A stretch of 64,000 nt of DNA from contig OY970208.1 in assembly GCA_963713865.1 (NCBI GenBank), forward strand, positions 192,001 through 256,000, read 5' to 3'. The notes under the pieces were generated by a model. It was not told where the DNA came from and did not search any database. It was given only the letters and a program-made list of their open reading frames with translations. This DNA is from an uncultured candidate division Zixibacteria bacterium. GTDB taxonomy: Bacteria > Zixibacteria > MSB-5A5 > RBG-16-43-9. The translations under genes and the position numbers were made by a program. Shown here piece by piece: positions 9,185 through 19,515 of the stretch. Positions within the stretch are counted from its first letter, which is position 1; each line of letters opens with the position of its first letter.

Positions 9185-11358
9185 TCATTTACTCTCCAAC
9201 ATCCCCATCCCAAGAATCTTGAACAAAAACGCATAGATATCGCTTGATTCCTCGATGACTTTTGAGGTTGGCTTTCCACCACCGTGCCCGGCTTTGGTCT
9301 CCACCCGTAGTAAAACAGGATTGTCTCCTGCTGCTACAGATTGCAGGGCTGCGGCAAATTTTTTAGCATGTAAGGGTGCTACCCGGTCATCGGTATCTGC
9401 TGTGGTAATCAAAATTGGTGGATAGACCACTCCTTTTTTTACATTGTGCAAAGGTGAATAAGCATAAAGAAATTTGAACTGGTCCGGATTTACTTCTGCG
9501 TTTCCATATTCCGGTATCCAGTAGCGTCCCACGGTGAACTTATGATATCTCAGCATATCGATAACCGGAACCTGGCAGATAACCGCACCGAACAAGTCCG
9601 GTCGCTGGACCATGCAGGCCGCAACTAACAGACCGCCATTGCTCCCGCCACTGATCGCTAATTTTTTTGAGCTGGTATATCTATTTTTAATCAGCCATTC
9701 TGCCGCAGCTATAAAATCATCGAATACGTTCTGCTTTTTATCTAACATCCCTGCCTGGTGCCAGGCTTCACCATATTCATCCCCCCCGCGTAAATTCGCT
9801 ACAGCAAATACTCCACCGTTTTCCAGCCAGACCAGAACGGGATATAGAAAAATACGGGGTGATACTGCTGTTAAAACCACCGTAACCATAAAGGAGAACC
9901 GGATTATTCCCATCCAATTTGAGTCCTTTTTTGTGAACTATGAACATCGGTACCTTTGTGCCGTCCCTGGAAGTATAGAATACCTGCTCGGTTTCATATC
10001 CGGACAGGTCGAAATCGATTTTACTCTCAAAAAAAGGCGAGAGCTTCTCAGTTTCAAAATCATATCGAAAAATAGTCTGGGGATATAGAAAAGAAGTGAA
10101 CTCAAAAAACATCTCCTTATCTTTTTGTTCTGGCTGAAATACTCCCGATTGAACCTAAATCCGGTAATTTAATCTCTTTCAAAAAAACTCCATTCAGGTT
10201 ATGAAGCATCATTTTATGCTTAGCATCCTGCATATAAACCAGCACTAATTGATGGTTGACCATATCCGCAAAACTCAATACTTCTTTTTTCTGCGAGATA
10301 ATCTCTTTCCAGTTGTTTGGAGATGGATTATTTATATTAATCTGTATAATTCTGCCATTCGGGGCATCTAAATCCGTGCGAAAGTAGAACAGCGTATCGA
10401 GGTTGCTGATGAAAGTATAGTTGGCATCAGCTTTATCCAAGAGCTTGATGAATGGTCCGTTACTTTGTACCTCGCGGTAATAAATCCGGTTTTTCGGGTC
10501 AGTGCCGTGCTCCACAATCAGGACAAGATATTTTCCGTCCTCAGTGATAAAGGGCGTGAAATCAAATTCCTTTGTTTCTGGTTGTTCATAGATGAGCAGG
10601 TCTTCGGATTGAGAAGTGCCGAGTTTATGATAATAAACTCTACTGTAACTGTACTGATCCTCCTCTGGCACACTGCCCGGCTCAGGATAGCGATTATAAT
10701 AAAACCCCTGATTATTATGTTTCCAGGCAACATTGCTGAACTTAAGCCATTTTATAACCTCCGGGTATTCTTTCCCAGTTTCGATATTTAATATCCTGAC
10801 CTCCTGCCAGTCACTCCCGCTTTTTGAAATGCCATAAGCCAGGAGTTTACCATCCATACTGAAAGCCGGGATAGTCAGGGCTATGGTCCCATCCGGGCTG
10901 AGTTTATTGGGATCAATTACCATAATCGGTTTGCTGTTTAAACTTTCTTGCATGTAATACACCGATTGATTCTGCAGTCCATCGTTTTTGGTATAAAAGT
11001 ACCGTTCACCTTTTTTAATTGGCACAGAATATTTAGGATAATTCCACAATTTTGTCAATTTTGCCTTGATCTTTTCCCTTTGAGGAATGGAATTGAGAAA
11101 ATTGTAAGTCAATTTATTCTCCGCTTCCACCCAGGCCTGGGTCTCAGGAGAATCCGGATTTTCCAGCCAGCGGTAAGGATCAGCCACTTTAGTGCCGAAA
11201 TAATCATCCACCACATTATCCGTTTTTGCGACTGGATATTTAAACTTTTGAGCATAACTCAGGCTGAAAAGGGTAATCAGGACAAAACAAAACGCCAGTA
11301 AAGAAGAAAGAAAGCATACCTTAAAATCGATTCTTTTACTGTTGAATTTTCTTGGCAT
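9185..11358 (-). pseudogene. Prolyl oligopeptidase (S9A) split by two single-base insertions (about 10128 and 9836)
   Basis: Three consecutive ORFs give signal peptide, VADPYRWLE, beta-propeller, YGYGGFN, GGSNGG, DDRV and GHG; deleting one base at each break restores one frame. Confidence 0.88.
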
Positions 11359-11454
11359 TGCAGATCCTCCTTTAATAGATTTTCTAACCTCTGATTAACA
11401 CAGAGGGAATATATTAAAAGAGCATACTTTGTGCCAGCAAAAAATGGAGAAAAT

Positions 11455-11650
11455 AGGAGGGGCGTATTGCAATACGCCCCTACAAAAAATGTAGAGGAAG
11501 GCTTTAGCCTTCCATCATTCGCACAACAAATGAACCTGATCCCGCTTTTGGCGGGACAAGCAGGCTCGCGCTACGAAAAAATATTATATGGAGTGCATTG
11601 ACTGTGTTAATGCTTGATAGCGACCCTGAAGGGTCGCACTACGAAACCGG
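11455..11650. repeat. REP-like cluster including an empty perfect IS110 target (GTCGCACTACGAA, 11633-11645)
   Basis: GGGGCGTATTGCAATACGCCCCTAC; AGCGACCCTGAAGGGTCGCACTAC. Confidence 0.8.
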
Positions 11651-11708
11651 TAACCTCACCGTGCCCCAAGGTGGGATTAAGAAAAAACTGGAGGGCTGAA
11701 GACCTCTT

Positions 11709-12611
11709 CTACCTAAACCCGTAAATCTGTTTTGGGGCAAGGTATTGCGGGAATTTATCCAAAAGTAATAAGCGAACGCAGTAGCACAGATGGCAGGGGT
11801 CAACATATTTATCTTCAGTTTTAACCTGGTATTCTTTAGCTAAGAGAGCAGGACCGCCTTTAACCAGGGGAGCACAAATGGGATGTGAATCAGATTTGTA
11901 ATTCTTAACCAAACCCGCTAAAGGAGTCTCCCACATATTCCCGATACTCAACCCCTGGCAGAGGAATACGTTCCCATAAGGGTCCAGGTGAACCCTTTTA
12001 GGGTCTTTCAAATCCTCATAAGGACATTCGTTGAACTCTTCCCAATATCTTCCGGGCAACCCCCCGGTCAATTTCTCAACTGCCCTGCCTCTGAACATAG
12101 CACCACCACCGATAACTGGCAGCCCTTTTCCCTTTTTATCGTTTGTAATTATTTCAATTTTAGGTTTATCAATACAAATCGTATTAACTGGCATACCCAT
12201 CCTTTTCGCCACGTTCAATGCTATTCTGGCATAATTATCTTTATCCTCCTCAAAGTGATATAGATCGTTGCTTAAACTTAAATCCGAAATTTGTAAATCG
12301 CGCAGAGAAGCAAGCCATAGCTCTGCATCTTCATCTGAGATCGCCCAGTAGGCATTGGTAACTATCCCGGTTTTAAAATGCAGACCTGAACCTAATTTAA
12401 CGCCCTCGAGCATCAGCGGATAAAATAAAAATGGCTCACCCCCTTCAAAATATACCCATTCGATAGTCCCGATTTTGACTAATTCATTAAATACATTCTT
12501 GATTTGATTCAGAGTAAAAGTCCCCTTTGCTTTAGGACCGCTGTACACAAAACAATGGTCGCATTCAAAATTACAGGAATAGGTTAGAAGAAAATGGATA
12601 CCGGTTAGCAT
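11709..12611 (-). CDS. Radical SAM protein
   Basis: CNFECDHC, EGGEPFL, TNAYWA; RBS AGGAGG before ATG at 12611. Confidence 0.88.
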   Translation of the reverse strand: MLTGIHFLLTYSCNFECDHCFVYSGPKAKGTFTLNQIKNVFNELVKIGTIEWVYFEGGEPFLFYPLMLEGVKLGSGLHFKTGIVTNAYWAISDEDAELWLASLRDLQISDLSLSNDLYHFEEDKDNYARIALNVAKRMGMPVNTICIDKPKIEIITNDKKGKGLPVIGGGAMFRGRAVEKLTGGLPGRYWEEFNECPYEDLKDPKRVHLDPYGNVFLCQGLSIGNMWETPLAGLVKNYKSDSHPICAPLVKGGPALLAKEYQVKTEDKYVDPCHLCYCVRLLLLDKFPQYLAPKQIYGFR

Positions 12612-12753
12612 AATACCCTCCTTAATTCTATTCGCTAAACCCACTTTGCCCACAAGGTGGTTTAATCAAATGAGTGATTCTCTGTGGGGACAGAATCCGC
12701 CTCAGGTGGATTCTGTCCATTATAAAGACGCATTCGATGCGTCTCTACAATTC

Positions 12754-13404
12754 TTAAAACCCTAATTCCTCCCCCACCAAAATCACGGTTAATCTTCCTT
12801 TATCCCTCTCCCCCTCTATGACCAAAAGCTGGTTACACATCCGGTCGTATTCTGGAGGTCTGCACAGGTCATAATCGCAAAAGGCAGTATCTTTACAGGG
12901 AGTATTGAAATCCAGCCTCTGAGCATTCATTGGAGCAACCAGATTTCTGGTCCTTTCTATCCCCTCTTTCACATCTTTAACGATTTTGTTTATCCCGGCA
13001 ACGATTATCACCTTCTTTCCATAGCAAAGTCCGGCGATTTTATTTCCCATAGCGCTGATATTAATAAGCTCGCCCTTTAGGGTAACCGCATTGGTTCCGG
13101 AAAGAAAATAGTCTGCCCAAACCCCCTCCCTTCTTATTCTTAGACTCTCCTCCCTGGAAAGCTCAGGCAGGTATGGATTAAAAACCTTAAAGTTCCCCTG
13201 CATCAGCTCATCTATAAGGCCTATCTCCCTTAAGGTTAAAGAACCAGCCATACCGACCGTAGCCCCTTGAGGAATCATACTCAGGACCTTTTCCTTTGCC
13301 TCCTTACCGGTTTTTAAATAAAAGCTTTCGATATTGTTTCTTTTCAGATTTTCCAGAACTTGCGAAGAAAGCTTCTCGTAAAACCAGAGTTTATTTTTGT
13401 TCAT
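12754..13404 (-). CDS. LUD-domain (lactate utilization C/YkgG-like) protein
   Basis: GSLTL.EIG, ADYFLSGTNAVT..GEL.N, GINKIV, APMNA.RL, ILVGEELGF. Confidence 0.85.
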   Translation of the reverse strand: MNKNKLWFYEKLSSQVLENLKRNNIESFYLKTGKEAKEKVLSMIPQGATVGMAGSLTLREIGLIDELMQGNFKVFNPYLPELSREESLRIRREGVWADYFLSGTNAVTLKGELINISAMGNKIAGLCYGKKVIIVAGINKIVKDVKEGIERTRNLVAPMNAQRLDFNTPCKDTAFCDYDLCRPPEYDRMCNQLLVIEGERDKGRLTVILVGEELGF

Positions 13405-13679
13405 CTTTACCTCCATTTCTAACCATCCAATAAATAAAATTCTTTCATTTTGTCAAGATAATAGGAATCTGAAGTCGTCCAACTGTTTACCATTATTAAT
13501 GTTAGGCATATAGTCGTCGTTATCGAATGAGATATCTTAAGGCTGAAAACCATCATCCCGGGACCCGAAAAAGATGGACAAAGTATCTTCATTTTTATCT
13601 AAATATCAAAGGATAATAATAAAACTTCCTGTAATTTATCCGATAAATAAAATAAGCTGTTATCTTTTGAGATTTTTAC

Positions 13680-13707
13680 TTGACAAAACCGGTTTTTTAC
13701 GTATATT
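13680..13707 (+). promoter_or_regulatory. sigma70-like promoter giving a long csp 5' leader
   Basis: TTGACA-16-TATATT about 150 nt upstream of the cold-shock gene; hairpin ACCACGAGA..TTTCGTGGT in leader. Confidence 0.6.
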
Positions 13708-13856
13708 GATATTGTAAGGGATTAGAAGGAAAGAGTTAGTTGATTTTAAAATGCCTTAAAAGATTTTAATTGACCACGAGAGTTTTTAGTTTTGTGGTAT
13801 CTTTCGTGGTTTTTTTTGTTTTAACGTCAGGTTAGTGAAAGGTGGTGAATAAGATT

Positions 13857-14063
13857 TTGGCAGAAGGGAAAGTGAAGTGGTTCAACGAGGCTAAGGGATT
13901 CGGATTTATCGAGCTCAAGGAAGGGGGGAAAGACGTCTTTGTGCATTATTCCGTGATAAAATCAGAGGGATATAAGTCCCTGAAAGAGGGAGACGAGGTT
14001 AGCTTCGATATCACAGAAGGTCCTAAGGGACCGCAGGCAATTAATGTAGTTAAATTAGAATAG
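13857..14063 (+). CDS. Cold-shock protein (CspA family); TTG start favoured, GTG at 13842 possible
   Basis: [31 protein letters not shown]. Confidence 0.95.
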   Translation: MAEGKVKWFNEAKGFGFIELKEGGKDVFVHYSVIKSEGYKSLKEGDEVSFDITEGPKGPQAINVVKLE

Positions 14064-14097
14064 TCGATATAAGATTTACGATTTAACCGCATTATCG

Positions 14098-14130
14098 ACC
14101 CCTCCCGCATATAGGCGAGAGGGGTTTTTT
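14098..14130 (+). terminator. Rho-independent terminator after csp
   Basis: ACCCCTC...GAGGGGT stem followed by T run. Confidence 0.7.
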
Positions 14131-14365
14131 ATTATCAGGCTAAAGTCCAAAGCTTAAGGTTAAGAGATAAAGGCACGTAGCAGAAAACGGGCAGCAAATA
14201 GCTGATACGGGCTAATCGCGAACAGTGAATTGCCAATCACGACACCAAAAGTTTGCTTGACAATGAAGTATCCATTTCTATATTAATTAGCGTATTAGTT
14301 TGGAGAATAAGACGTTATCTATAGGAGCATCATTTACTGACAGTGGCTTTGGAGTTTGAATTTAA

Positions 14366-14439
14366 CGGGGTGTAGCGCAGCCTGGTAGCGCACATGGTTT
14401 GGGACCATGCTGTCGGAGGTTCAAATCCCCCCACCCCGA
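14366..14439 (+). tRNA. tRNA-Pro (TGG), no encoded CCA
   Basis: CGGGGTG/CACCCCG acceptor; CATGG-TT TGG GA-CCATG anticodon arm; GGTTCAAATC T-loop (one A-C mismatch in T stem). Confidence 0.93.
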
Positions 14440-14529
14440 GAAATACAGTGAGAAAGTGATTAGTGATAGAGTGATTAGACCATCCCCCACTAATCACTTA
14501 TTCACTAATCACTCAGTCATTAAACCTTC

Positions 14530-14603
14530 GCCCCCGTAGCTCAGGTGGATAGAGCATCTGCCTTCTAAGCAGAGGGTCGCCCGTTCGAATCGGGCCGGGG
14601 GTA
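14530..14603 (+). tRNA. tRNA-Arg (TCT), no encoded CCA
   Basis: GCCCCCG/CGGGGGT acceptor; TCTGC-CT TCT AA-GCAGA; GCCCG TTCGAAT CGGGC. Confidence 0.95.
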
Positions 14604-14643
14604 TATAAAGCAGTGATAAAGTGATTAGTGATTAGCAAAGACA

Positions 14644-15021
14644 ATGCAAGAGATAAATAGTTATAAAGATTTGGTAGTCTGGCAGAAGTCGCATCAATTG
14701 GTTAATAGGATTTTCGACTTGGTAGAGAATTTTCCCAAAACCAGAGGTGCAGAGATAGTCGCAAGTCAAGTTTTACGTTCCTGTTCATCAATCCCGGCTA
14801 ACCTGGCTGAGGGTTATGGTGGCAGAAAAGGTAATGAATTTATCAGTTATCTCTATCAGGCTCGGAGATCTATTCCTGAAACCGATTACTGGCTCTATCT
14901 AAGCTCTCAAAGGAAATACATCGACCAGAACGAATACGAAAAGCTATCCTCAGAATATTCTGAGGTGCTGAAGATGATAAACAGCATCATCTCAAAACTC
15001 AAGAGGCAGTTATCTTTTTAA
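14644..15021 (+). CDS. Four-helix-bundle protein (23S rRNA IVS protein / Avd-like family)
   Basis: SYKDLVVWQKS, Q..RS..SIPANLAEG.G, EF..YL..AR.S..ET.YWL. Confidence 0.92.
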   Translation: MQEINSYKDLVVWQKSHQLVNRIFDLVENFPKTRGAEIVASQVLRSCSSIPANLAEGYGGRKGNEFISYLYQARRSIPETDYWLYLSSQRKYIDQNEYEKLSSEYSEVLKMINSIISKLKRQLSF

Positions 15022-15229
15022 TCACTTTAATCACTCTTTCACTAATCACTTAATCACTTGCTGAAGTAATGAAGGAATAGAAATAATAATATAAAAACGC
15101 TTGAAACATAGGTAGAAAGTGAATATAAAACTAATATAATCAATTTACCTACTACGGATAACTTAAAAGTAAAGAGGAAAATATCTTTTTTTTAATCACT
15201 CTCTCACTAATCACTTAATCACTTACTAT

Positions 15230-15308
15230 GGTGGGTGTAGCTCAGCCTGGTTAGAGCATCAGGTTGTGGCCCTGAGGGTCGCGGGTTCAAATCCCGTCAC
15301 CCACCCCA
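15230..15308 (+). tRNA. tRNA-His (GTG) with G-1 and encoded CCA
   Basis: G-GTGGGTG/CACCCAC-C-CCA; TCAGG-TT GTG GC-CCTGA; GCGGG TTCAAAT CCCGT. Confidence 0.95.
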
Positions 15309-15499
15309 GAAATACAGTGATTAGTGATTGGTGATTAGTCAACAACAGACCTATAACTTCTTAAATTTCCTGTTCATAAATTCTATTTTTAATCTAAAGT
15401 TTTTGTCTTTTTTTCTTGACAAATTCTGCCTGTCACTCTATTATTTTAAGTAGAGAATTAGGAACAAAACCTTTCAAAAATTTAGCAAAGGAGTTAAAG

Positions 15500-16231
15500 A
15501 TGAAACCAAAGACCTTTTGCTGGTTAATTTTCTTATTGGTTTTATTCCTCACCTTTGCCAATTCCCAGGCACAGATTACTTCTATCAATATAATACCGCC
15601 AAATCCCACTACTGACGACAGTGTAACGGTTATTGTCGAAGTAGGTGTACCATCAGGTTGTAATCATGTCCTAAAAGGTCCCCAATGGTTATGGAACGAT
15701 CTTTATGGGAATTCACACATTGTTCTTGAAATATCTCACTGGTTCGTTAGTCAACCCTGTACCCAATGGCCCCACATCGTATCTGTAACATTTAATCTGG
15801 GCAAGCTGCAAGCGGACTCCTATTCACTGCATATCGCAACTATTTATCATCAACTGGTTACTGATACACCTCAGATTAGTTATTCCGACACCCTGTTACA
15901 ATTCACAGTAACTCCACCTACTTATATCAATGGAGAGGAAGGTCCGGTGCCTGGGAAATTTGAGTTATTCCAGAACTACCCTAACCCTTTCAATCAGATT
16001 ACCCAGATCGGATTTACTCTTGAAAATTCAGCTTTTGTTGATCTGACAATTTATGACCTTCTGGGAAGAAAGGTAAAAACTTTGGTCTCAGAAAATCTGC
16101 CCACGGGTTATAAATCTGTATTATGGGATGGCACTGATGAATCGGGTAAAGAGGTGGCTTCGGGAATTTACTTGTATGAGCTGAAGGCTGGGGACCTCTC
16201 CAGCAGTAAAAAGTTAGTTTTACTGAAGTAA
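15500..16231 (+). CDS. Secreted protein with T9SS type-A / FlgD-Ig-like C-terminal sorting domain
   Basis: RBS AAGGAG, signal peptide, FELFQNYPNPFN...IYDLLGRKVKTLV...WDGTD..G..VASGIY.Y...KKLVLLK. Confidence 0.88.
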   Translation: MKPKTFCWLIFLLVLFLTFANSQAQITSINIIPPNPTTDDSVTVIVEVGVPSGCNHVLKGPQWLWNDLYGNSHIVLEISHWFVSQPCTQWPHIVSVTFNLGKLQADSYSLHIATIYHQLVTDTPQISYSDTLLQFTVTPPTYINGEEGPVPGKFELFQNYPNPFNQITQIGFTLENSAFVDLTIYDLLGRKVKTLVSENLPTGYKSVLWDGTDESGKEVASGIYLYELKAGDLSSSKKLVLLK

Positions 16232-16402
16232 TAAGTTATCTGGAGATAGGAGATTAGTAGCAGTAGGTCAGGAGCCCTATACTCCTGACCTACTGCTATT
16301 TTACCAAATCGGAAATCCTTAACTATCTTACTCCCTTTCGTATTATATAACCAATTGCGAAACTCATCCCCTTTGAGCACCCCCAGCTTCTTTACCTCAT
16401 TA

Positions 16403-16579
16403 CTAACTGGTCACAGATCCCTCAAACCTTTCCTTGAGGTTTATGAGTTCATTGTTAATCATTATTTCATTTACGTGGTATCTTTTGTACAACTCCTCCA
16501 TGGCTCTCATATTGCCATTTCTTGCTTGCTCACGCAAGACTCTAAACCTCTCTTGATACTTCATTGGTTTTCCGTGCAC
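16403..16579 (-). CDS. Small hypothetical protein, 58 aa (not in ORF track)
   Basis: AAGGAGG RBS 5 nt before GTG; MHGKPMKYQERFRVLREQARNGNMRAMEELYKRYHVNEIMINNELINLKERFEGSVTS; upstream TTGACT-17-TAAATT. Confidence 0.65.
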   Translation of the reverse strand: MHGKPMKYQERFRVLREQARNGNMRAMEELYKRYHVNEIMINNELINLKERFEGSVTS

Positions 16580-17044
16580 GGTTTCCTCCTTATCCTGTAG
16601 CTTTTTTTGAGCATCCCCTCCACCGTAATCTTTTCAAAGGGGAAGATATCAGAGTACTCCTAAAAAAGGTTCTGTTCACAAAAAGAGGGCCTCTGTGAAC
16701 TCCCCTTACCATCCCATAGAAACCCTAAAAAGGGAAGGAATTAATGAACCGATTTGCGTGTCCGAGATTTCCACAAACATAAATCCTACTCTTTCTAAAA
16801 TCGTTCTTTAAACGCTCGCTTACAGAACGCCCACCAGTGATGTTAGCCGATTAACATATCTAATTTAGCCAATCCCCTCTGCTAAGTCAACTAAAAAATC
16901 AAAACTGGTCAAGTTTTTCCTTGCACCAAATTGTGTATCCCGACAAGGGGCTTAGTAGTAGCTCAGAAGCTCTGTGCTCCTGACATTTTATTTGACAAAT
17001 ACTCAGACGAACCCGTCTGGAGGAAGAGTACCCTACCTGCGAGG

Positions 17045-18462
17045 TTACTTTAAGCGATCAAGGAACGAGTCGATCTTGCGTGCAACTTTTTCCGCTGCTG
17101 GCGGGTCGTAATTCGAAAGAACGATGATTACATAGTCGGTTTCAGGATTGGTTTCCACATAGGCATTAATTCCGGGAGCACCGCCCGCTATGGCGATGCC
17201 ATGCTGGTTTATTTCCTCCGAAGTTTTGGGCGCAGAGAGCTTGTTCCCCTTTAGTGCAGCAACTAATTTTAAAAGATCGTCAGCTGTGGAATACCCGCCT
17301 CCCGCAGAGCTTCCGCGTGCCGGACGGGTGTAGATGTTATTGCGCCTGGGCTCGCCTGGATGATCGTTTTCATCCCAGTTGTTGGTATAACCACTTGCCA
17401 CATTCTCCGCTGGCACGTCAGCCTCGAGGTGGGTCGTGTTCTCCATTCCGGCAATCTTATAGATATGATCACGGACATAATCGAAATAGGTCTGTCCGCT
17501 CACCTTTTCGATGATTAACCCGAGGACTATGTACCCGCCATTAGAGTATTGGCGATTCGTGCCTGGCTCGAACAGGAGCGGCTCATCCCCAAAGAGCAAC
17601 AGATAGTCAGACAAGGGTCCTGATCCGGTCTTTTGGAGTGGACTGATACTTCTCACCAAAGAAATCTCCTATTCCGGAAGTCATGTCCAGCAGATGGCGG
17701 ATCGTCACTTTCTCAGCCGCTTCCTTATTGGGATAATCCGGAAGATATTTGCCGATTGGGTCTTCCAATCTGAGTTCACCTTTTCCCTCAAGCTGTTCAA
17801 TCGCGATGCGGGTCAGGAATTTGTTGATCGAACCCAGGTTAAAGCGCGTATCCACACGGTTAGGGACGTTATATTCTTTACTTGCCAGGCCATAAGCTTT
17901 CCGGAAGATCGGATTTTCCCCTTTTGCGAGCAGAACCACTCCGGAGAAACTATCCTCAACTGATAATCCCCTCCATAAAAATCCCGATCTCTTTCAGCAT
18001 CTCCGCTTCGGTTATGGTGGACATCGGAACGTTAAGATCAGGCGGTCCGTCAAGGCGCATTATCCTTATGCCGAGGAGTTTATAAGGTTCACTCTTTTCG
18101 AACTCGAAGACAAGCTCAAGCCACGACTCCTTTGCAGAGCGGGCAACCAGCTTGATCGCATCCGTGCTCTGCTTGAGGATTTTTACCGGCTCTAATGTCT
18201 CCTGGTCGCTTTTAATCTGCCGATATACAGCCATGCGCTCTTCGATAGGACGCTCCTTAAGGGTGTTGGGAGCGAAGTTCTGCTCTAAATATGTTCGCAT
18301 GTCATTCTCGTTATTGCTGTTGAATGCGCTGAAATACGATTCAGCCCGCTTGCCAGCGATGGTCTCGGGAAAGCGAATTGCTGGTTCATCACCAGCACAC
18401 ACCACACCAGCGAAAACCAAAATCGCTATCAGGGATATGGATGCTGTAAAGCTTTTTTTCAT
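17045..18462 (-). pseudogene. Serine hydrolase (beta-lactamase family) split by two single-base insertions (about 17968 and 17615)
   Basis: Signal peptide; FNLGSINK (SxxK); YSNGGY; SAGGGYST; one extra G and one extra C in short homopolymers break the frame; appears more GC-rich than flanks. Confidence 0.85.
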
Positions 18463-18505
18463 TGCTTTCTCCTCTCCTTAAAGGACTTCCGACAATATAC
18501 TATGT

Positions 18506-18533
18506 TTTACACCACCAACACAACTGAGTTCCC
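18506..18533 (-). promoter_or_regulatory. Candidate ECF-sigma promoter of serine hydrolase
   Basis: GGGAAC-17-GTAAA about 45 nt upstream of ATG. Confidence 0.45.
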
Positions 18534-18888
18534 ACTTTTTTATTCGGGATGGAAAACACTTTGAGCGAAGTAGGTCAGGAATACAGGGTTTCAGAACCAC
18601 AACTATTATTTTTAATATAATCAGTTGCGAAACTCATCTCAAGGTGATACTTTGAATACATTTTAAAATCTGAGGTTTTGAGTTTGAGTATTAAAAGTTA
18701 AGTTCCTAAAACAAATGTTGACTTGATCCCTCAAGTAAAAACAATCGTTTTGAAAAAGAAATTTCCTTCTAAAAAAGTATAATTCCCGTAAATAAATATT
18801 GAAGGGAAAAATTTATTTAGAAAATTTAAGTTTTGCATTTCTATAACTAATTTTTCAAAAGTTTAAAAAATAACAAAAGGAGGTAAAA

Positions 18889-19365
18889 ATGCCAGCAGAA
18901 GAAAGAAAAAGCGAAATCGGAAAAGTCGCAAAAGAATTTACCTTAAAAGACCAGAATGGAAAAGATTTTAAGCTATCTTCATTCAGCGGAAAAAGAGTGC
19001 TTCTTTCTTTCCACCCTCTTGCCTGGACCGATGTATGTGCCAAACAGATGAAATCCCTGGAAGATAACCGGGAAATCTTGGGTTCATTGAATACCGTAGC
19101 CCTTGGTATTAGCGTTGATACGGTGCCATCCAAAAAAGCCTGGGCTAAAAGTCTGGGAATTGAAAATACCCCTCTGTTATCAGATTTCTGGCCCCACGGC
19201 GAGGTAGCAAAACTTTACGGGATTTTCCGGGAGAAAAATGGATTCTCCGAAAGGGTAAATATAATCATTGACGAAAACCAGAAAATCGTATTTTTCAGGG
19301 TTTATGAGATAAGCCAGCTCCCGGATATGAATGAGATCATAGATTTTATAAAAAATCTTAAGTGA
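18889..19365 (+). CDS. Peroxiredoxin (AhpE-like, AhpC/TSA family)
   Basis: FHPLAWTDVC, GISVD, LLSDFWPHGEVA..YG. Confidence 0.9.
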   Translation: MPAEERKSEIGKVAKEFTLKDQNGKDFKLSSFSGKRVLLSFHPLAWTDVCAKQMKSLEDNREILGSLNTVALGISVDTVPSKKAWAKSLGIENTPLLSDFWPHGEVAKLYGIFREKNGFSERVNIIIDENQKIVFFRVYEISQLPDMNEIIDFIKNLK

Positions 19366-19369
19366 TATT

Positions 19370-19418
19370 GGAGTGTAAAACTTTAGTTTTACCGGTAAAC
19401 CTGAAGGTTTATACTCCT
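19370..19418. repeat. GGAG-tailed REP-like doublet
   Basis: GGAGTGTAAAACTTTAGTTTTACC-GGTAAACCTGAAGGTTTATACTCC; related copies at about 8916-8999, 35170-35222 and 62669-62748. Confidence 0.75.
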
Positions 19419-19515
19419 ATGTTTGTTTTAAGTAGAGGCAGGGTATATGCCCTGCTTCAGCAGAGAACTTTTAAACCTTTGAGCTTTTCAATTCCCTTCT
19501 AATTTTCAAGTATTG

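Larger units (their letters stand above)
14447..15339. repeat. Six arrays of AGTGATT / AATCACT heptamers in both orientations
   Basis: Forward 14447-14478, 14612-14635, 15316-15339; reverse 14488-14521, 15019-15059, 15193-15224. Confidence 0.9.

Noticed and set aside
14644-15021. Diversity-generating retroelement (Avd-like gene)
   Set aside because: No reverse transcriptase and no TR/VR pair with adenine-specific differences seen in the window
14447-15339. CRISPR array
   Set aside because: Units are 7-bp tandem repeats in both orientations without unique spacers; no cas genes in window
9185-18462. Programmed frameshifting in the prolyl oligopeptidase and serine hydrolase
   Set aside because: Two breaks per gene, no slippery heptamer or stimulatory structure; single extra bases fit sequencing error or decay
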